Assembly (NCBI GenBank): GCA_963789395.1
Contig: CAWBKP010000013.1
Coordinates: 32,001-96,000, forward strand
Length of the DNA: 64,000 bases
Source: an uncultured delta proteobacterium
Lineage (GTDB): Bacteria; Desulfobacterota; Desulfobacteria; Desulfobacterales; Desulfatirhabdiaceae
Direction: 5' to 3'
The notes under the pieces were generated by a model. That model had not been told where the DNA came from and made no database searches. It saw only the letters and a list, made by a program, of their open reading frames with translations. Position 1 is the first letter of the stretch; every line of letters begins with the position of its first letter. A program made the position numbers and the translations under genes. This document shows positions 30,431 to 41,986 of this stretch, one piece after another.

Positions 30431-31168
30431 TCACGGATGCGTCAAAGAGCCGAACAAGGCCTGCTTCAGCCAGTTAAGGCCGAATTTTAAAAGTGCTTCG
30501 TCATCTTCCAGAAGCATTTGCCAGGATTCGGCGTTCAGGCCCAGACGCTCCTTGGAAAAATTATCCGTCAGATATTTCCGGAATGCATCCAGATCATAAC
30601 AGACCATGGAAAACAGATGCCTGGACTTTAGATCCAGCGGACCGGGCATCAGTCTGTTTTTCAGGCTGATGATATCCATCATCCTGTCGTTCATGGCATC
30701 ATAGGGAGCAATGCCCTGGGATGCGACCCAATCGCGAACGGTCTGCGTATTTTTTTGACTGTGCCCCTGGCAATGGGGTTCAACCAGCAGGGCGTAATGA
30801 ATCGATATCTGGCCGGTTTCCCGGGATCTGGAAAGCATTCTGGCCAGCGGGTAGGTGCGACAGGAAGACGGACGGCTGTCATACACCCTGCATCCATCCG
30901 GAGACACAAAAGGGCAGGTAAAGCCGTCAGCAGGATCCGTTTTCAGGCAGACCACGGGAAGCCCGGTTTCAGGACCCATATGCTGCGTCGTATACTTTTC
31001 CAGAAACTCTCCGGAAGTCATGCCGAAATGGCGTTTAAGCCGCAGCACATCATAAGGGGTTAAAAACTGGTTCACATCCTTGCAGCATTCATTGAAGCAG
31101 GGTACGCCCGCATTGCAGGAGAATTGGAACGTGTCATCCAACGACAGGGGGATCAGGTCATCTTCCAT
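30431..31168 (-). CDS. YkgJ-family cysteine-cluster protein (paralogue of 25545-26335)
   Basis: FSCNAGVPCFNECC...CPFV...GCRVYDSRPSSCRTYP. Confidence 0.9.
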   Translation of the reverse strand: MEDDLIPLSLDDTFQFSCNAGVPCFNECCKDVNQFLTPYDVLRLKRHFGMTSGEFLEKYTTQHMGPETGLPVVCLKTDPADGFTCPFVSPDGCRVYDSRPSSCRTYPLARMLSRSRETGQISIHYALLVEPHCQGHSQKNTQTVRDWVASQGIAPYDAMNDRMMDIISLKNRLMPGPLDLKSRHLFSMVCYDLDAFRKYLTDNFSKERLGLNAESWQMLLEDDEALLKFGLNWLKQALFGSLTHP

Positions 31169-31183
31169 AGTTGATATCGGTAC

Positions 31184-31211
31184 TGGGTAATAGGTTATGG
31201 GTTATGGGCAT
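31184..31211. repeat. Short heptamer tandem repeat (4 degenerate units)
   Basis: tgggtaa taggtta tgggtta tgggcat. Confidence 0.6.
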
Positions 31212-31254
31212 TGATGAATCAAAAAAATATAGGGTCTTTGGACGCCTCATAAAA

Positions 31255-32476
31255 TCATTCGGCTTTTCGGATTAAATCATGGACATCGTATCGGCCATTC
31301 AATAATAACTTAACATGGGTTCCGGTCGGAGTAAAATCAAGAGGGGAACCGCTTAAATCCGAAATATTCCGAACCGTGTCAATCCGACCAGGACCTTTTC
31401 GGGTCAGAATTTCGACAGCATCTCCTTTTTGAATCTTGTTCCGGATGTGGCAGATCACGCTGCCATCTTCAGACGCATCGATAATTTCCGCCAGAAAAAC
31501 GTGATCATGGAATGACTTGTAATCGTCAAAATTGGGAGAGGTCTGATCCGGGTCTCCGAAATAGAATCCCGTAGAGTAACCCCGGTGACTGATGCGCGAC
31601 AGTTCTTTCAACCATGCAGCATCGACCTTATACGTTTGTGGATTCGCGTACCAGGCATCGATGGCTTCGCGGTAGACTTTCACCACGGTAGCCAGGTAGT
31701 TGATGCCCTTCATCCTGCCTTCGATTTTCAGCGAACAGATGCCTGCCTCAATCATTTCCGGAAGATGCTCTATCATGCAAAGGTCTCTGGAATTGAAAAT
31801 GTAGGTTCCCCGCTCGTCTTCCATAACCGGCATGAAAATTCCGGGCCGCAGTTCTTCAACCACCGCATACTGCCAGCGGCAGGGATGAGCAGCACATCCC
31901 CCGGTTGCTGTCCCGCTTGGTCATGAAACTGCTCAGCAGGCAGCGTCCGGAATAGGAGATGCACATGGCTCCGTGAACAAAGGATTCCACTTCGATCCGG
32001 GATGTTCGAGCGATTTCGGAAATCTCGGAAAGGGTGATCTCCCTTGCCGTATTGATTCTGGCTGCACCCATATCTGCCCAGAATCCGGCGCCCTCAACAT
32101 GGGTGATATTGGCCTGGGTGCTGACATGGATGGGAACCGTGGGAATGATGCGGCGGGCCATCATGAAGATTCCGGGATCGGCTACGATGACGGCATCCGG
32201 CCCCAATCGCCCGATTTGTTCCAGATAGCCGGATATGGCATCCAGTTCGTGATTTCTGGGATAGATATTGCAGGCGACATACACTTTTTTCCCGAGATCA
32301 TGGCTGAACCGGATCGCCGTATCCAGTTCGGATAGGGTGAAATTGCCGGAAAAATTCCGCAAGCTGAAATCCTTGCCGGCAAGATACACGGCATCTGCCC
32401 CGTAATGCAGGGCGATTTTCAGCTTTTCAAAATTCCCGGCAGGCGCCAGCAGCTCGATTTTTTGATGTCTTTTCAA
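31255..32476 (-). CDS. Peptidase U32-family Fe-S protein (TrhP-like), frameshift near 31890
   Basis: ELLAPAG, GADAVY, HVSTQAN, FVHGAMCISYSGRC, SLKIEGRMK. Confidence 0.92.
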
Positions 32477-33357
32477 GTCTCGGCCAGCATCTGGCAAAGC
32501 GTTTTTTCAAGGCTTTCCCGCCAGGGTTTGGGAACAATCCCGAACTGGTTCTGAATTTTTTCGCAGTCCAGGGCGGAGTAGGCAGGCCGTTTTGCAGGCG
32601 TTGGATACTGATCGGTAGTGATGGGATCCACCCGGGTGGTTTTCAACGGAATATAGGCTTTTGCGATATCCAGAATCGCCTGTGCAAATTCATACCAGGA
32701 AATGACGCCTTTTCCGCAGTAGTGGTAAATCCCCCAGTCGATTTTCCCTTGTGTCCGGATGGCTTCCGCTATGGTCAATATGGCTTCGGCCAGATCCGCG
32801 GCGCAGGTCGGGCTGCCCATCTGGTCCGAAACCACCCGCACCGTATCCCTTTCGGCTCCCAGCCTGAGGATGGTCCGGACAAAATTCTGGCCATGAAGGG
32901 CATACAGCCAGGCTGTCCTGACAATAATGTGCCGGTTTAGAATCCTTTCCACCACGGCGTCTCCTACGGCCTTGCTTTTGCCATAAACGCTCATCGGCGA
33001 AATCGGATCTGTTTCCAGATAAGGCGATCGCTTTTTTCCGTCAAACACGAAATCGGTTGAAACATGAATCATGGGAATTTGCGCTTCCGCACAGACATGG
33101 GCGAGAATGGCAGGCCCCAGACTGTTGACTTTAAAGGCCGGCATCTCCTGGGACTCGGCCATGTCCACCTGGGTATAGGCCGCGCAATTGACAACCAGGG
33201 ATGCGCCCGAATCCCGGATAGCCGCCCGAACCGGATCGGGAAGGGTAATATCCACTTCCGGCAGATCAACAGGAAAAACCAAAACTCCTCTATCCGGACC
33301 CTGTCGCATCAATTCCGTTCCAAGCTGGCCTTTGGCGCCGGCAATCAAGATATTCAC
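32473..33357 (-). CDS. rmlD: dTDP-4-dehydrorhamnose reductase
   Basis: GAKGQLG, NCAAYT.VD.AE, STDFVFDG, YGKSK, RPAYS.LD. Confidence 0.95.
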   Translation of the reverse strand: MNILIAGAKGQLGTELMRQGPDRGVLVFPVDLPEVDITLPDPVRAAIRDSGASLVVNCAAYTQVDMAESQEMPAFKVNSLGPAILAHVCAEAQIPMIHVSTDFVFDGKKRSPYLETDPISPMSVYGKSKAVGDAVVERILNRHIIVRTAWLYALHGQNFVRTILRLGAERDTVRVVSDQMGSPTCAADLAEAILTIAEAIRTQGKIDWGIYHYCGKGVISWYEFAQAILDIAKAYIPLKTTRVDPITTDQYPTPAKRPAYSALDCEKIQNQFGIVPKPWRESLEKTLCQMLAET

Positions 33358-33917
33358 GGGGCCACCTCCACCCGGGGGAACTGATGCGGCTGAAGCGCCG
33401 AAAGGCAGGGAAGCCGGTTGTCCTTGTCGGATATGATGGGCTCTGTTATGGGCCATTCGATGCCGATGGCCGGATCAGACCAGAGAATGCCGCCTTCATC
33501 GGCCTGCGCGTACAGATCCGAGCATTTGTAGAGGAACAGGGCGGTTTCGCTGAGCACGCAGAAACCGTGGGCGAATCCTTCGGGAACGAACAGCTGATGT
33601 TTGGTTTCGCTGGACAGATGGACCCCTGCCCACTGGCCGAATGTGGGGGAACCTTTTCGGATATCCACGGCCACATCGTAAATCTCGCCGGAAACCACCT
33701 GAACCAGTTTGGCCTGGGGCCGGGTGATCTGGAAATGAAGTCCTCTTAACGTGCCTTTCACGGAAAAGGACAGGTTGTCCTGGATAAAGGCTGTCGAAAT
33801 ACCGGCCTTCCGGTATCGCTCCTGGTGATAGGTTTCCATGAAAAAGCCGCGTTTATCTCCAAAAACGTCGGGCTCAACAATCAGCACTTCTTTTAAGGCT
33901 GTGGGGATGACATTCAT
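33354..33917 (-). CDS. rmlC: dTDP-4-dehydrorhamnose 3,5-epimerase
   Basis: DKRGFFME, QDN.S.S..GTLRGLHFQ, GFAHGF. Confidence 0.97.
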   Translation of the reverse strand: MNVIPTALKEVLIVEPDVFGDKRGFFMETYHQERYRKAGISTAFIQDNLSFSVKGTLRGLHFQITRPQAKLVQVVSGEIYDVAVDIRKGSPTFGQWAGVHLSSETKHQLFVPEGFAHGFCVLSETALFLYKCSDLYAQADEGGILWSDPAIGIEWPITEPIISDKDNRLPCLSALQPHQFPRVEVAP

Positions 33918-33995
33918 AACCGTTCCTTCTGCAATGGATCAAATTTGATGCCTGATGCGTTCTTTATCACAAGCGCAGTCCGATAAACAAGCGGA

Positions 33996-34884
33996 TTATG
34001 GCTGAATGGGTGATGCGGAAAGTTCTTTGGCGTGATAGGAACTTCGGACAAACGGGCCGCTGGCTACCTGTGAAAACCCCATGGCAAGCGCCTCCATCTT
34101 TCCAGGCGTCAAATTCATCCGGCGGTATAAACCGGGCAACGGGCAACTGATCTGAAGACGGCTGCAGGTACTGGCCAAGGGTCAGGATCTGACACCCTGC
34201 ATGTTGCAGGTCTTTCAGGGTCCGGCGAACCTCCTCGGGCGCCTCTCCCATTCCCAGCATCAGCCCGGATTTGGTCCGAATCCGCGTCCCGATTGCCGCT
34301 GCCTGTTCTATCAGCAGCAGGGACCGCGAATAAACAGCCTCCGGTCTGACCAAAGGGTAGAGCCTCGGTACGGTTTCCATATTGTGGTTCAGGACATCGG
34401 GTTTTGCATCCAGCACAATTTTAAGGGCCTCCGGGTTTCCCTGAAAATCCGGGATCAGCACCTCGATGCCGGCCTCCGGCATCAAGTTTCGCACCGCATT
34501 AATGACTTCGGCAAAATGACGGGCCCCGCCATCAAACAGATCATCGCGCGTAACGGATGTGATGACCACATAGGTCAGCCCCAGCTGCCGGGCGGTTTCC
34601 GCAACTCGGCACGGCTCCTGGGTATCCAGCGGTTGTACCGGCCCGTGATCCACGGCGCAGAACCGGCAGCTGCGGGTGCAGGAAGGCCCCATGATCAGAA
34701 AGGTCGCGGTTCTGCTGGAAAAGCATTCCCACTGATTGGGACATCTGGCTTCCTGGCACACCGTATGCAGCCGGCTGTCTTTCAGAAGGGTCCGGACGCT
34801 TTCATATTGAGGGCCGGAAGGAAGCCTGCGCCGGAGCCATGCCGGTTTTTGAATATATTTACAAGAGGGATGATTCGGATTCAT
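33996..34884 (-). CDS. lipA: Lipoyl synthase (frameshift near 34100)
   Basis: CQEARCPNQWEC, CTRSCRFC, GQYLQP, GPFVRSSYHA. Confidence 0.95.
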
Positions 34885-34907
34885 CGTTTCAGTGTATACA
34901 GGTGTGC

Positions 34908-35633
34908 TTAAAATTCCAGCAGCGCCTTCAACGCGGCTTCATCCGTCATGGCCAGGGCGGCACCGAACACGGCTTGCATGTGCCGGACCACGGCACGGCG
35001 GACATCGGCCATGGATATATCCCTTTTGGCCTCTTGAACCATGGATGTCATGCAAACGCCTTCAAGCCCGCAGGGGTTGATCCAGTCAAAGGGGGCCAGG
35101 GAAACCGAAACATTCAATGCCAGTCCGTGAAAAGCAACGGTCCTTCGTACCCGGATGCCGACGCTGCCGAGCTTGGCGTTACCGGCCCATACACCGCGGC
35201 CGGCCGGATTCCGGTCGGCTGAGATGTTCCAGTCGCCGGCCGTCCGGATCATAACTTCTTCCAGGGCTTGGACATATCCGGCAACCGAAACTCCGGCAAG
35301 CTTTAAATCGATCACCGGATAGACCACCAGTTGCCCGGGGCCGTGATAGGTGATGCTGCCCCCGCGTTCTGCCTGAATCACGGAAATGCCGGACTGCTCC
35401 AGAAACGCCTGCGTTACCTTCAGATTTTCCATCCCCCCGCGTTGTCCCAGGGTAAAGACCGGCGGATGCTCCAGCATCAGCAGCACGCCGGAAAGGGCGC
35501 CGAGGCTGACGATTTCCACCAGCTTGTGCTGAAGGGCCAGCGCATCCGGATACGGCACAGTCCCCAGATTTACGCCCTGCCACAAAACGGACGACGGGGG
35601 ACGGATGACAGATGACACCAGATCGCCTGTCAT
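34908..35633 (-). CDS. lipB: Octanoyltransferase
   Basis: LEHPPVFTLG, RGGSITYHGPGQLVVYP, HGLALNV, INPCG. Confidence 0.95.
   Translation of the reverse strand: MTGDLVSSVIRPPSSVLWQGVNLGTVPYPDALALQHKLVEIVSLGALSGVLLMLEHPPVFTLGQRGGMENLKVTQAFLEQSGISVIQAERGGSITYHGPGQLVVYPVIDLKLAGVSVAGYVQALEEVMIRTAGDWNISADRNPAGRGVWAGNAKLGSVGIRVRRTVAFHGLALNVSVSLAPFDWINPCGLEGVCMTSMVQEAKRDISMADVRRAVVRHMQAVFGAALAMTDEAALKALLEF
35585..35619. repeat. Short heptamer tandem repeat in the 5' end of lipB
   Basis: aaacgga cgacggg ggacgga tgacaga tgacacc. Confidence 0.55.
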
Positions 35634-35637
35634 GCAA

Positions 35638-37100
35638 TCATCCGGCAAGACATGGCTTTCTGGCGGCCGCCGTTTCATCGAGGCGCCTGACCTTGGTGCG
35701 GGCCGGAGCGGCGCGAAGAACATCGGGCGTCTCTTTTGCTTCAGCGGCAATTTTTTTCAAAGCGTCGATGTACTGATCCAGATCTTCCTTGGACTCGGTC
35801 TCGGTCGGCTCCATCATCAGCGCGCCATGGACCACCAGCGGAAAATAAATGGTCGGCGGATGATACCCGTAGTCCATGAGGCGCTTGGCGATGTCGAGCG
35901 TCGTCACGTTGTATTCCTGCTGATTGCGGTCCGAAAACACGCATTCATGCATGCAGGGCCTGTCGTATGCAAGATGAAACGTATCTTTTAGCTGCTCCTT
36001 CAGGTAATTGGCGTTCAACACCGCCAGCTGGCTGGCCATCTTGAGTCCATCGGCTCCCATGGACAGAATGTAGCTGTAGGCCCTGACCAGAACACCGAAA
36101 TGACCGTGAAAGGTCAGGAGCTTTCCGATGGATTCGGGGAACGCCTCGGACAGGGCATACTGGCCATCGTCCTTTTTTATGATTCTTGGAACCGGCAGAA
36201 AGGGCTCGAGATGTTTTTTAACCAGGACGGGCCCTGCTCCTGGGCCGCCGCCGCCATGGGGCGTTGAAAACGTCTTGTGAAGGTTCAGGTGAAGCACATC
36301 CACGCCGATCCGCCCCATATCGGCAATTCCCATGACCGCGTTCATGTTGGCGCCGTCCGCGTATACCAGCCCGCCTTTGGCGTGAATGATTTCGCAGACT
36401 GCCTTGAGATTGTTCTCGAAAAGCCCCAGCGTATTGGGATTGGTCACCATGATGCCTGCGGTATCTTCATCCATGAGCGCTGCGATGGCATCCGGAGACA
36501 GCATGCCTTCAGCGCTGGACGACACCGGAACCGGTCTGTACCCGCAAAGGGCCGCGCTGGCCGGATTGGTGCCATGGGCCGTATCGGGGATGATGATTTT
36601 GGAGCGGGGAACGCCTTTTTGTTTGAACCAGGCATGAATCACCAGCATGCCTGCCAGTTCTCCATGAGCTCCGGCTGCGGGCTGAAGCGAAACCGCATCC
36701 ATACCGGTAATTTCGGCCAGAAACCGCTCCAGATCCGCCATCAGCTTCAGCGCTCCCTGGCAGAGCGATTCCGGCAGCAGGGGATGGCTGCCAGCTAAAG
36801 CCCGAAAGCCCTGCCTGCCGTTCATTGGTTTTGGGGTTGTATTTCATGGTGCAGGACCCCAGCGGGTAAAGGCCCGTGTCCACACCAAAATTCCAGGTCG
36901 ACAGCCGGGTATAATGCCGGACCACATCGACTTCGGAAAGATCGGGAAAGTCCGGCCCGTCGCCGACAAGCTCCGCTGGCAGGGGGCTGATCCGGCACAT
37001 CGCTTTCGGGCATGGAAAACCCGCTTCTGCCTTTGCGGCCTTTTTCCCAGAGAAGTTTTTCGTTCAGGATCAGACCTGATGCGCCTAAGGTTTCATGCAT
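35638..37100 (-). CDS. gcvPB: Glycine dehydrogenase subunit 2 (frameshifted)
   Basis: [40 protein letters not shown]. Confidence 0.95.
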
Positions 37101-38429
37101 GGAGTCACCTCCCGGATCAGGGCGTCCATATCTTCCCGGGACGCGGTTTCGGTCACGCAGAGCAGGTAATGATGGGACAGCTCCGGATAAAAGGCAGACA
37201 GCGGCAACCCGGCAACGATCTTATTTTCCAGCAGCCGCTGATACAGGGTTTCGAGTTCTTCTGGGAATTCCACGACGAATTCATTGAAAAACGGCCCCTG
37301 AAAAGGTATCTTGAATCCGGCTGACGAAAATCCCCGGCAAAGATAAGCTGCCTTGTCATGATTCAGCTTGGCCAGATCGCAAAATCCGCTTTTCCCGAGA
37401 GAAGCCATGTACATGGCGGCTGTCAGGGCGCAGTGACTGTTGTTTGAGCAGATGTTTGACGTGGCTTTTTCCCGGCGGATGTGCTGCTCGCGCGTGGCAA
37501 GGGTCAACACGAATCCGTCTTTCCCGTCCAAATCTTTGGCCTTGCCGATGAGCCGGCCGGGAAGATTGCGCATGTGTTCCTGGGTGCATCCCAACATTCC
37601 CAGTCCGGGTCCCCCGAAAGCAACGGGAATTCCCAGGCTCTGTCCCTCGCCGAACACGATATCCGCGCCCTGGCTTCCCGGATTTTTTAAAATTCCGTAA
37701 GCAATGGCCTCGGTAAATCCGGCAACAAACAGCGCGCCTGTTTCGTGCGCCTTTTGGCCGGCTGTCTTCAGATCTTCAATACATCCGAGAAAATTGGGGG
37801 ATTGCAGCGCAACCGCGGCGATATCGGCTGTTCCTTCCAGAAGGGAGAGATCCGTCAGCCCAGTTTCCAGAAAAGGCAGCTCTATGATTTCAAACCCCGC
37901 CGGCTCCAGATAGGTTCTGGCCACCCTGCGGTAAAACGGGTGAATCAGCGATGACAGCGCCACCCGTCTGCGCCGGGTTTTTCGAATGGCCATCAAAAGC
38001 GCTTCGCTCAGGGCCGTTGCACCGTCATAGTGGGAAGCCGTGACCACGTCCACACCCATGAGTCTTGCAGCCAGGGTCTGGTATTCGTAAATGGCCTGAA
38101 GGGTCCCCTGGCTGATTTCCGGCTGATAGGGCGTATAGGCGGTCAGAAATTCGGACCGGCTTTTCAGGGACGATACGGTTGCCGGAATATGGTGATCATA
38201 TCGGCCGGCGCCGATAAACATCTTGTACTCCGGAGAGACCGCCAGCGTGGCGGAAAGATTATCCATATGCCGGTTCAGCGCCCATTCGGTGAGCGCTTTG
38301 GGCAGATTCATGGCCCGCATGCCGCCGGCATTCTTCCGGAATACCGGAAAAAAGCGCCTCCAGACTGTCGGCGCCGATGACCTTCAACATGTGCTGAATC
38401 TGTTCCTGAGTATGGGGTAAAAACCGCAT
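37085..38429 (-). CDS. gcvPA: Glycine dehydrogenase subunit 1 (frameshift near 5' end)
   Basis: MRFLPHT; TAYTPYQPEISQG; TREQHIRREKATSNICSN. Confidence 0.95.
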
Positions 38430-38434
38430 GGCGA

Positions 38435-38833
38435 TTATCCTTTCAGCATGTCAAGGTATGCCTCCCGTGTCATGAGGGTTTTCAAAAAGCCCGGATCCGA
38501 CGGCTTGATGTGAATCATCCACCCGGCGCCATACGGGTCGGCGTTCACCACTTCCGGTGCATCGGAAAGCGCCGCATTGACGGCGACCACTTCTCCGGCA
38601 ATTGGCATAAACAGTTCGGACACGGCCTTGACCGATTCCACCGTGCCGAAGACCTCGCCGGTTTCAAAGCGGTCCTGAACCTGCGGCAATTCGACATAGA
38701 CGACATCACCGAGCTGGTCCTGCGCATAGTCGCTGATGCCGGCGATCACGATATCCCCTTCCAGTCTTGCCCATTCATGGTCTTTGGTGTAGCGGACATT
38801 CTCCGGAAAATTGAGTTCACTGATGTCTTTCAC
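38435..38833 (-). CDS. gcvH: Glycine cleavage H protein
   Basis: YTKDHEW, GISDYAQDQLGD, VESVKA (lipoyl Lys). Confidence 0.97.
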   Translation of the reverse strand: MKDISELNFPENVRYTKDHEWARLEGDIVIAGISDYAQDQLGDVVYVELPQVQDRFETGEVFGTVESVKAVSELFMPIAGEVVAVNAALSDAPEVVNADPYGAGWMIHIKPSDPGFLKTLMTREAYLDMLKG

Positions 38834-38988
38834 GATTCACCTCCTGTTTGTTATGGTAAACTTGGCAGTTACCCCCCAGCCGGTTACCTGTATTCGGATT
38901 TCGCCTGAACAGAACACCAGGCAATTTATAATCCGACCTTCAGCCTTGCATTTTCAGCGAATGCACGCGTGTGGCGGCATCGCCAATT

Positions 38989-41958
38989 TCATATCCGGTT
39001 CAATGAAAGCGGGCCATCCGTTAACTTCTGGTTTGCGGCTTTCAGTTTTTCCTCCCCGGAGATGACCGCTACCCCTTTTCGGATACGCAGGGGATCCAGA
39101 TATTGTTGCGAAACCCGTATTACGTCTTCACGGGTCAGGGACAGAAGGTCGTGTTTAAACCGGCGTCTCAAGTCATCTGAAAGCAATACGATTTTTCGGT
39201 AAAACGCCTTTTTTGCGGCCGGCCCCGGCGAATCCGGCTTGTCGATATCCGCACAGACCTGAAGGATGCCTTCCTTGACATCCTCTGCACTGTAGTCGCC
39301 CGATGCCATAAACGTCATCGCCCCGGAAAACGCCTTCAACGTGGATACTATGTGCGGGTCCCGATAGGATGCAAAACTGAACACCCCGTCTTCAGGCGAG
39401 TAAATGGACATGCCGCCGTACGCCCCGCCTTTTTCACGGATTTCCCGGTGCAGATAAAGCGATCGGCTCATTTTGCTGACCAGCATCAGGGCCGGCGAAT
39501 CGGGATGGGACATGCGAACCGTTTCAAAAGACAAGGCCACAAAGGATACGGCAGAAGACGTGGACCAGCCTTCATGGGGAAGCCCTGCCCCGTCCGATTG
39601 CGTCAGGCTGTCAACTGCCTGACTGCCTTCAGGCAAGGCACGGTAAAGCGTTTCAGGCCAGTGGGAAGCATCCGAGAGCGGCCGGGTTTCACCAATCACG
39701 GCCAGCTTCAGGTTGTTTCTGGAAAACATCACCTTGCCGATGTCGGACAATTTTGCGGCAAGCGCGCCCAGGGATTGATCCGAAAGGTTCTGCGTCAGGT
39801 TTTGTATGGCTTTCAGCTGGTGAACCCCATGCCAGGTTTCGTTCAGGCTGCTGGAAGCTGAGAATCGTCTGGATGAAAGCGACATCGCCAGCCGGTGGCC
39901 GTTATGAACGATCATGGACTCCATGCCTGCCTGGTATTCCTGAATCAGCGTCTTTAGGCGGACAAGGTCAGAAAACCGGTGCTGGCTCAGGATTTCCTGA
40001 ATGATTTCAAACAGGCGATCCACGTTTCGCACCAAGCATTTGCCGTTTAACGTTACCAGGGGAAGGCAGGCGCCGGCATCATCGAATCGGGTACGGCTGT
40101 GGGTTGAAAAGCCGATACCGCCGGTATAGCGATCGATCCGGCGGGTCAGTTCCGTATAATCGCGAAGCGCCGTGCCGATCCTGGGAAGGGCGTAGCAAAA
40201 AAAAGGAACCAGCGGCTGCATGTCCGCCGAAAGCCCGCGGGCTTCGCTTGCAGCCGCAACATAAACAATGCCCGATGTCGGCTGATCATAATACAGCGCA
40301 GGGGAATCCTTTTCGGCAGGAAGCTCGGTAATCACCCGGACATCTCTGGGGATATCCACAATTGCCAGCGTCGGCAGGCAGGAGACATCTTCCTGTGTTT
40401 CCTGGCGGACCTCAAGCGCCGAAGCATATTGCGCCAGCTTTGCCAGATCTGCGTCCGAAAGGGTGGCGGCAACCGCATCCAGTTCCGCAGCCACCCGCTG
40501 GTTTTCCTTTTCTTCGATATGGGAATCCGGCTCAAGCGTCAGGAGCACCCGATGCGGATTGTCCAGAAAATAGGTTTGAATGCATTTTTCCAGAAAAGGC
40601 TCTTTGGCATTGGCTGTCTTCAGCTTGTCCATGAGAGCGTCCAGTTCCAGGATTTCTTCGGGATCACCGCCATGAAGCCAGGTTCCGGCAAAAGCCATCA
40701 GAAGCTTCAGCCCGTAGGGATAAGGGGTGTTGGTCACTTCCTTGCGATGGAATTCAATCTGGTGGATGGCGGACTCGATCAGTTCCTTGTCAATGCCGTC
40801 TTTGACCAGTTTTTCCAGCGTATCAAAGATCAGGGTCTGAATCCGGGCCGCATTCGATACATTGATATCCTTTAACCCGCAGCAGAATAACGCATCCCGG
40901 CAGTCCGCATCGAATCCGGACCCATCGCTCAGGGAAGACCCCAGTCCGGAATCCATCAGGGCTTTTCGAAGGGGGGATGCAGCATTTCCCAGCAGAATCT
41001 CCCCGAGCAGGGTCAGGACCAGGACTTCATAGGAATGGGTGATGTCGCAGGTCAGCCATGCCACGCAGGCCTGGCTTTTCTGGGAAGGATCCTGATTTTT
41101 ATCGAGGGCATAATAATAGGCGGCCTCCCGGGGCGCCTGCCATCTGGGCTGGGACGGCACCTCCGTACCCGGATCGATCCGCACAAACCGATTCAACACC
41201 TTGTCCTGAATAAACTGGAGATGATCTTTCAGCGGCAGATTGCCATAGGTATAGAAATATGCATTGCTGGGATGATAATGCCGGCTGTGAAAATGCTTCA
41301 GCTGATCCCAGGTCAGGCTGGGAATGACAGCGGGGTCTCCGCCGGAATTAAACCGGTAGGTGGTATCCGTGAACAGGGCATTCAGCAGGGATCTGGACAT
41401 CACCTGATCCGGAGACGACATGGCCCCTTTCATTTCATTGTAAACCACCCCTTTATACACCAGCTTTACCGGGTCCCGGACTTCGATTTCCAGACGATGG
41501 CCTTCCTGCATGAAACTGAGCTCATCCAGATTCGGAAAAAATGCCGCATCCAGGTACACCCCCATCAGGTTGTAATAATCTTTCGGGGTTTGGGTGGAAA
41601 AGGGATACATGGTCCAGTCGGAAGCTGTAAAGGCATTCATGAACGTGCTCAGGCTGCGCTTCAGCATCGAGAAGAACGGGTCCCGTACCGGATAATTGAC
41701 GGATCCGCAAAGCGCCGTATGCTCCAAGATATGGGCCACCCCGGTTGAATCCCGCGGAACGGTCTTAAAGGCCACGCCGAATGTATTTTCGGCATCGTCG
41801 TTCCGGATGTGGATGTGCCGGGCGCCGGTAGTAACATGCTCGAGTTCGTAAAACGTGCAGCGCAATTCTTTCAGCGCAACGACACGAAGAACATCGTATC
41901 CCAAAACCGTATCGCCGGCATGGAATAACTCTTCAACGGATTCCGTAATGCGTATCAT
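38989..41958 (-). CDS. M16C (PreP/Cym1-like) insulinase-family metallopeptidase
   Basis: HILEH (HXXEH), DPFF, MNAFT, REKGGAYG, SYRDP. Confidence 0.93.
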   Translation of the reverse strand: MIRITESVEELFHAGDTVLGYDVLRVVALKELRCTFYELEHVTTGARHIHIRNDDAENTFGVAFKTVPRDSTGVAHILEHTALCGSVNYPVRDPFFSMLKRSLSTFMNAFTASDWTMYPFSTQTPKDYYNLMGVYLDAAFFPNLDELSFMQEGHRLEIEVRDPVKLVYKGVVYNEMKGAMSSPDQVMSRSLLNALFTDTTYRFNSGGDPAVIPSLTWDQLKHFHSRHYHPSNAYFYTYGNLPLKDHLQFIQDKVLNRFVRIDPGTEVPSQPRWQAPREAAYYYALDKNQDPSQKSQACVAWLTCDITHSYEVLVLTLLGEILLGNAASPLRKALMDSGLGSSLSDGSGFDADCRDALFCCGLKDINVSNAARIQTLIFDTLEKLVKDGIDKELIESAIHQIEFHRKEVTNTPYPYGLKLLMAFAGTWLHGGDPEEILELDALMDKLKTANAKEPFLEKCIQTYFLDNPHRVLLTLEPDSHIEEKENQRVAAELDAVAATLSDADLAKLAQYASALEVRQETQEDVSCLPTLAIVDIPRDVRVITELPAEKDSPALYYDQPTSGIVYVAAASEARGLSADMQPLVPFFCYALPRIGTALRDYTELTRRIDRYTGGIGFSTHSRTRFDDAGACLPLVTLNGKCLVRNVDRLFEIIQEILSQHRFSDLVRLKTLIQEYQAGMESMIVHNGHRLAMSLSSRRFSASSSLNETWHGVHQLKAIQNLTQNLSDQSLGALAAKLSDIGKVMFSRNNLKLAVIGETRPLSDASHWPETLYRALPEGSQAVDSLTQSDGAGLPHEGWSTSSAVSFVALSFETVRMSHPDSPALMLVSKMSRSLYLHREIREKGGAYGGMSIYSPEDGVFSFASYRDPHIVSTLKAFSGAMTFMASGDYSAEDVKEGILQVCADIDKPDSPGPAAKKAFYRKIVLLSDDLRRRFKHDLLSLTREDVIRVSQQYLDPLRIRKGVAVISGEEKLKAANQKLTDGPLSLNRI

Positions 41959-41986
41959 CTCTGTTCCCTTTTGTGTAAAATAGTCT

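Noticed and set aside
38834..38988. Glycine riboswitch upstream of gcvH
   Set aside because: A hairpin is possible, but the conserved GGAGA...CCGAAG...CTCTCAGG elements are not present
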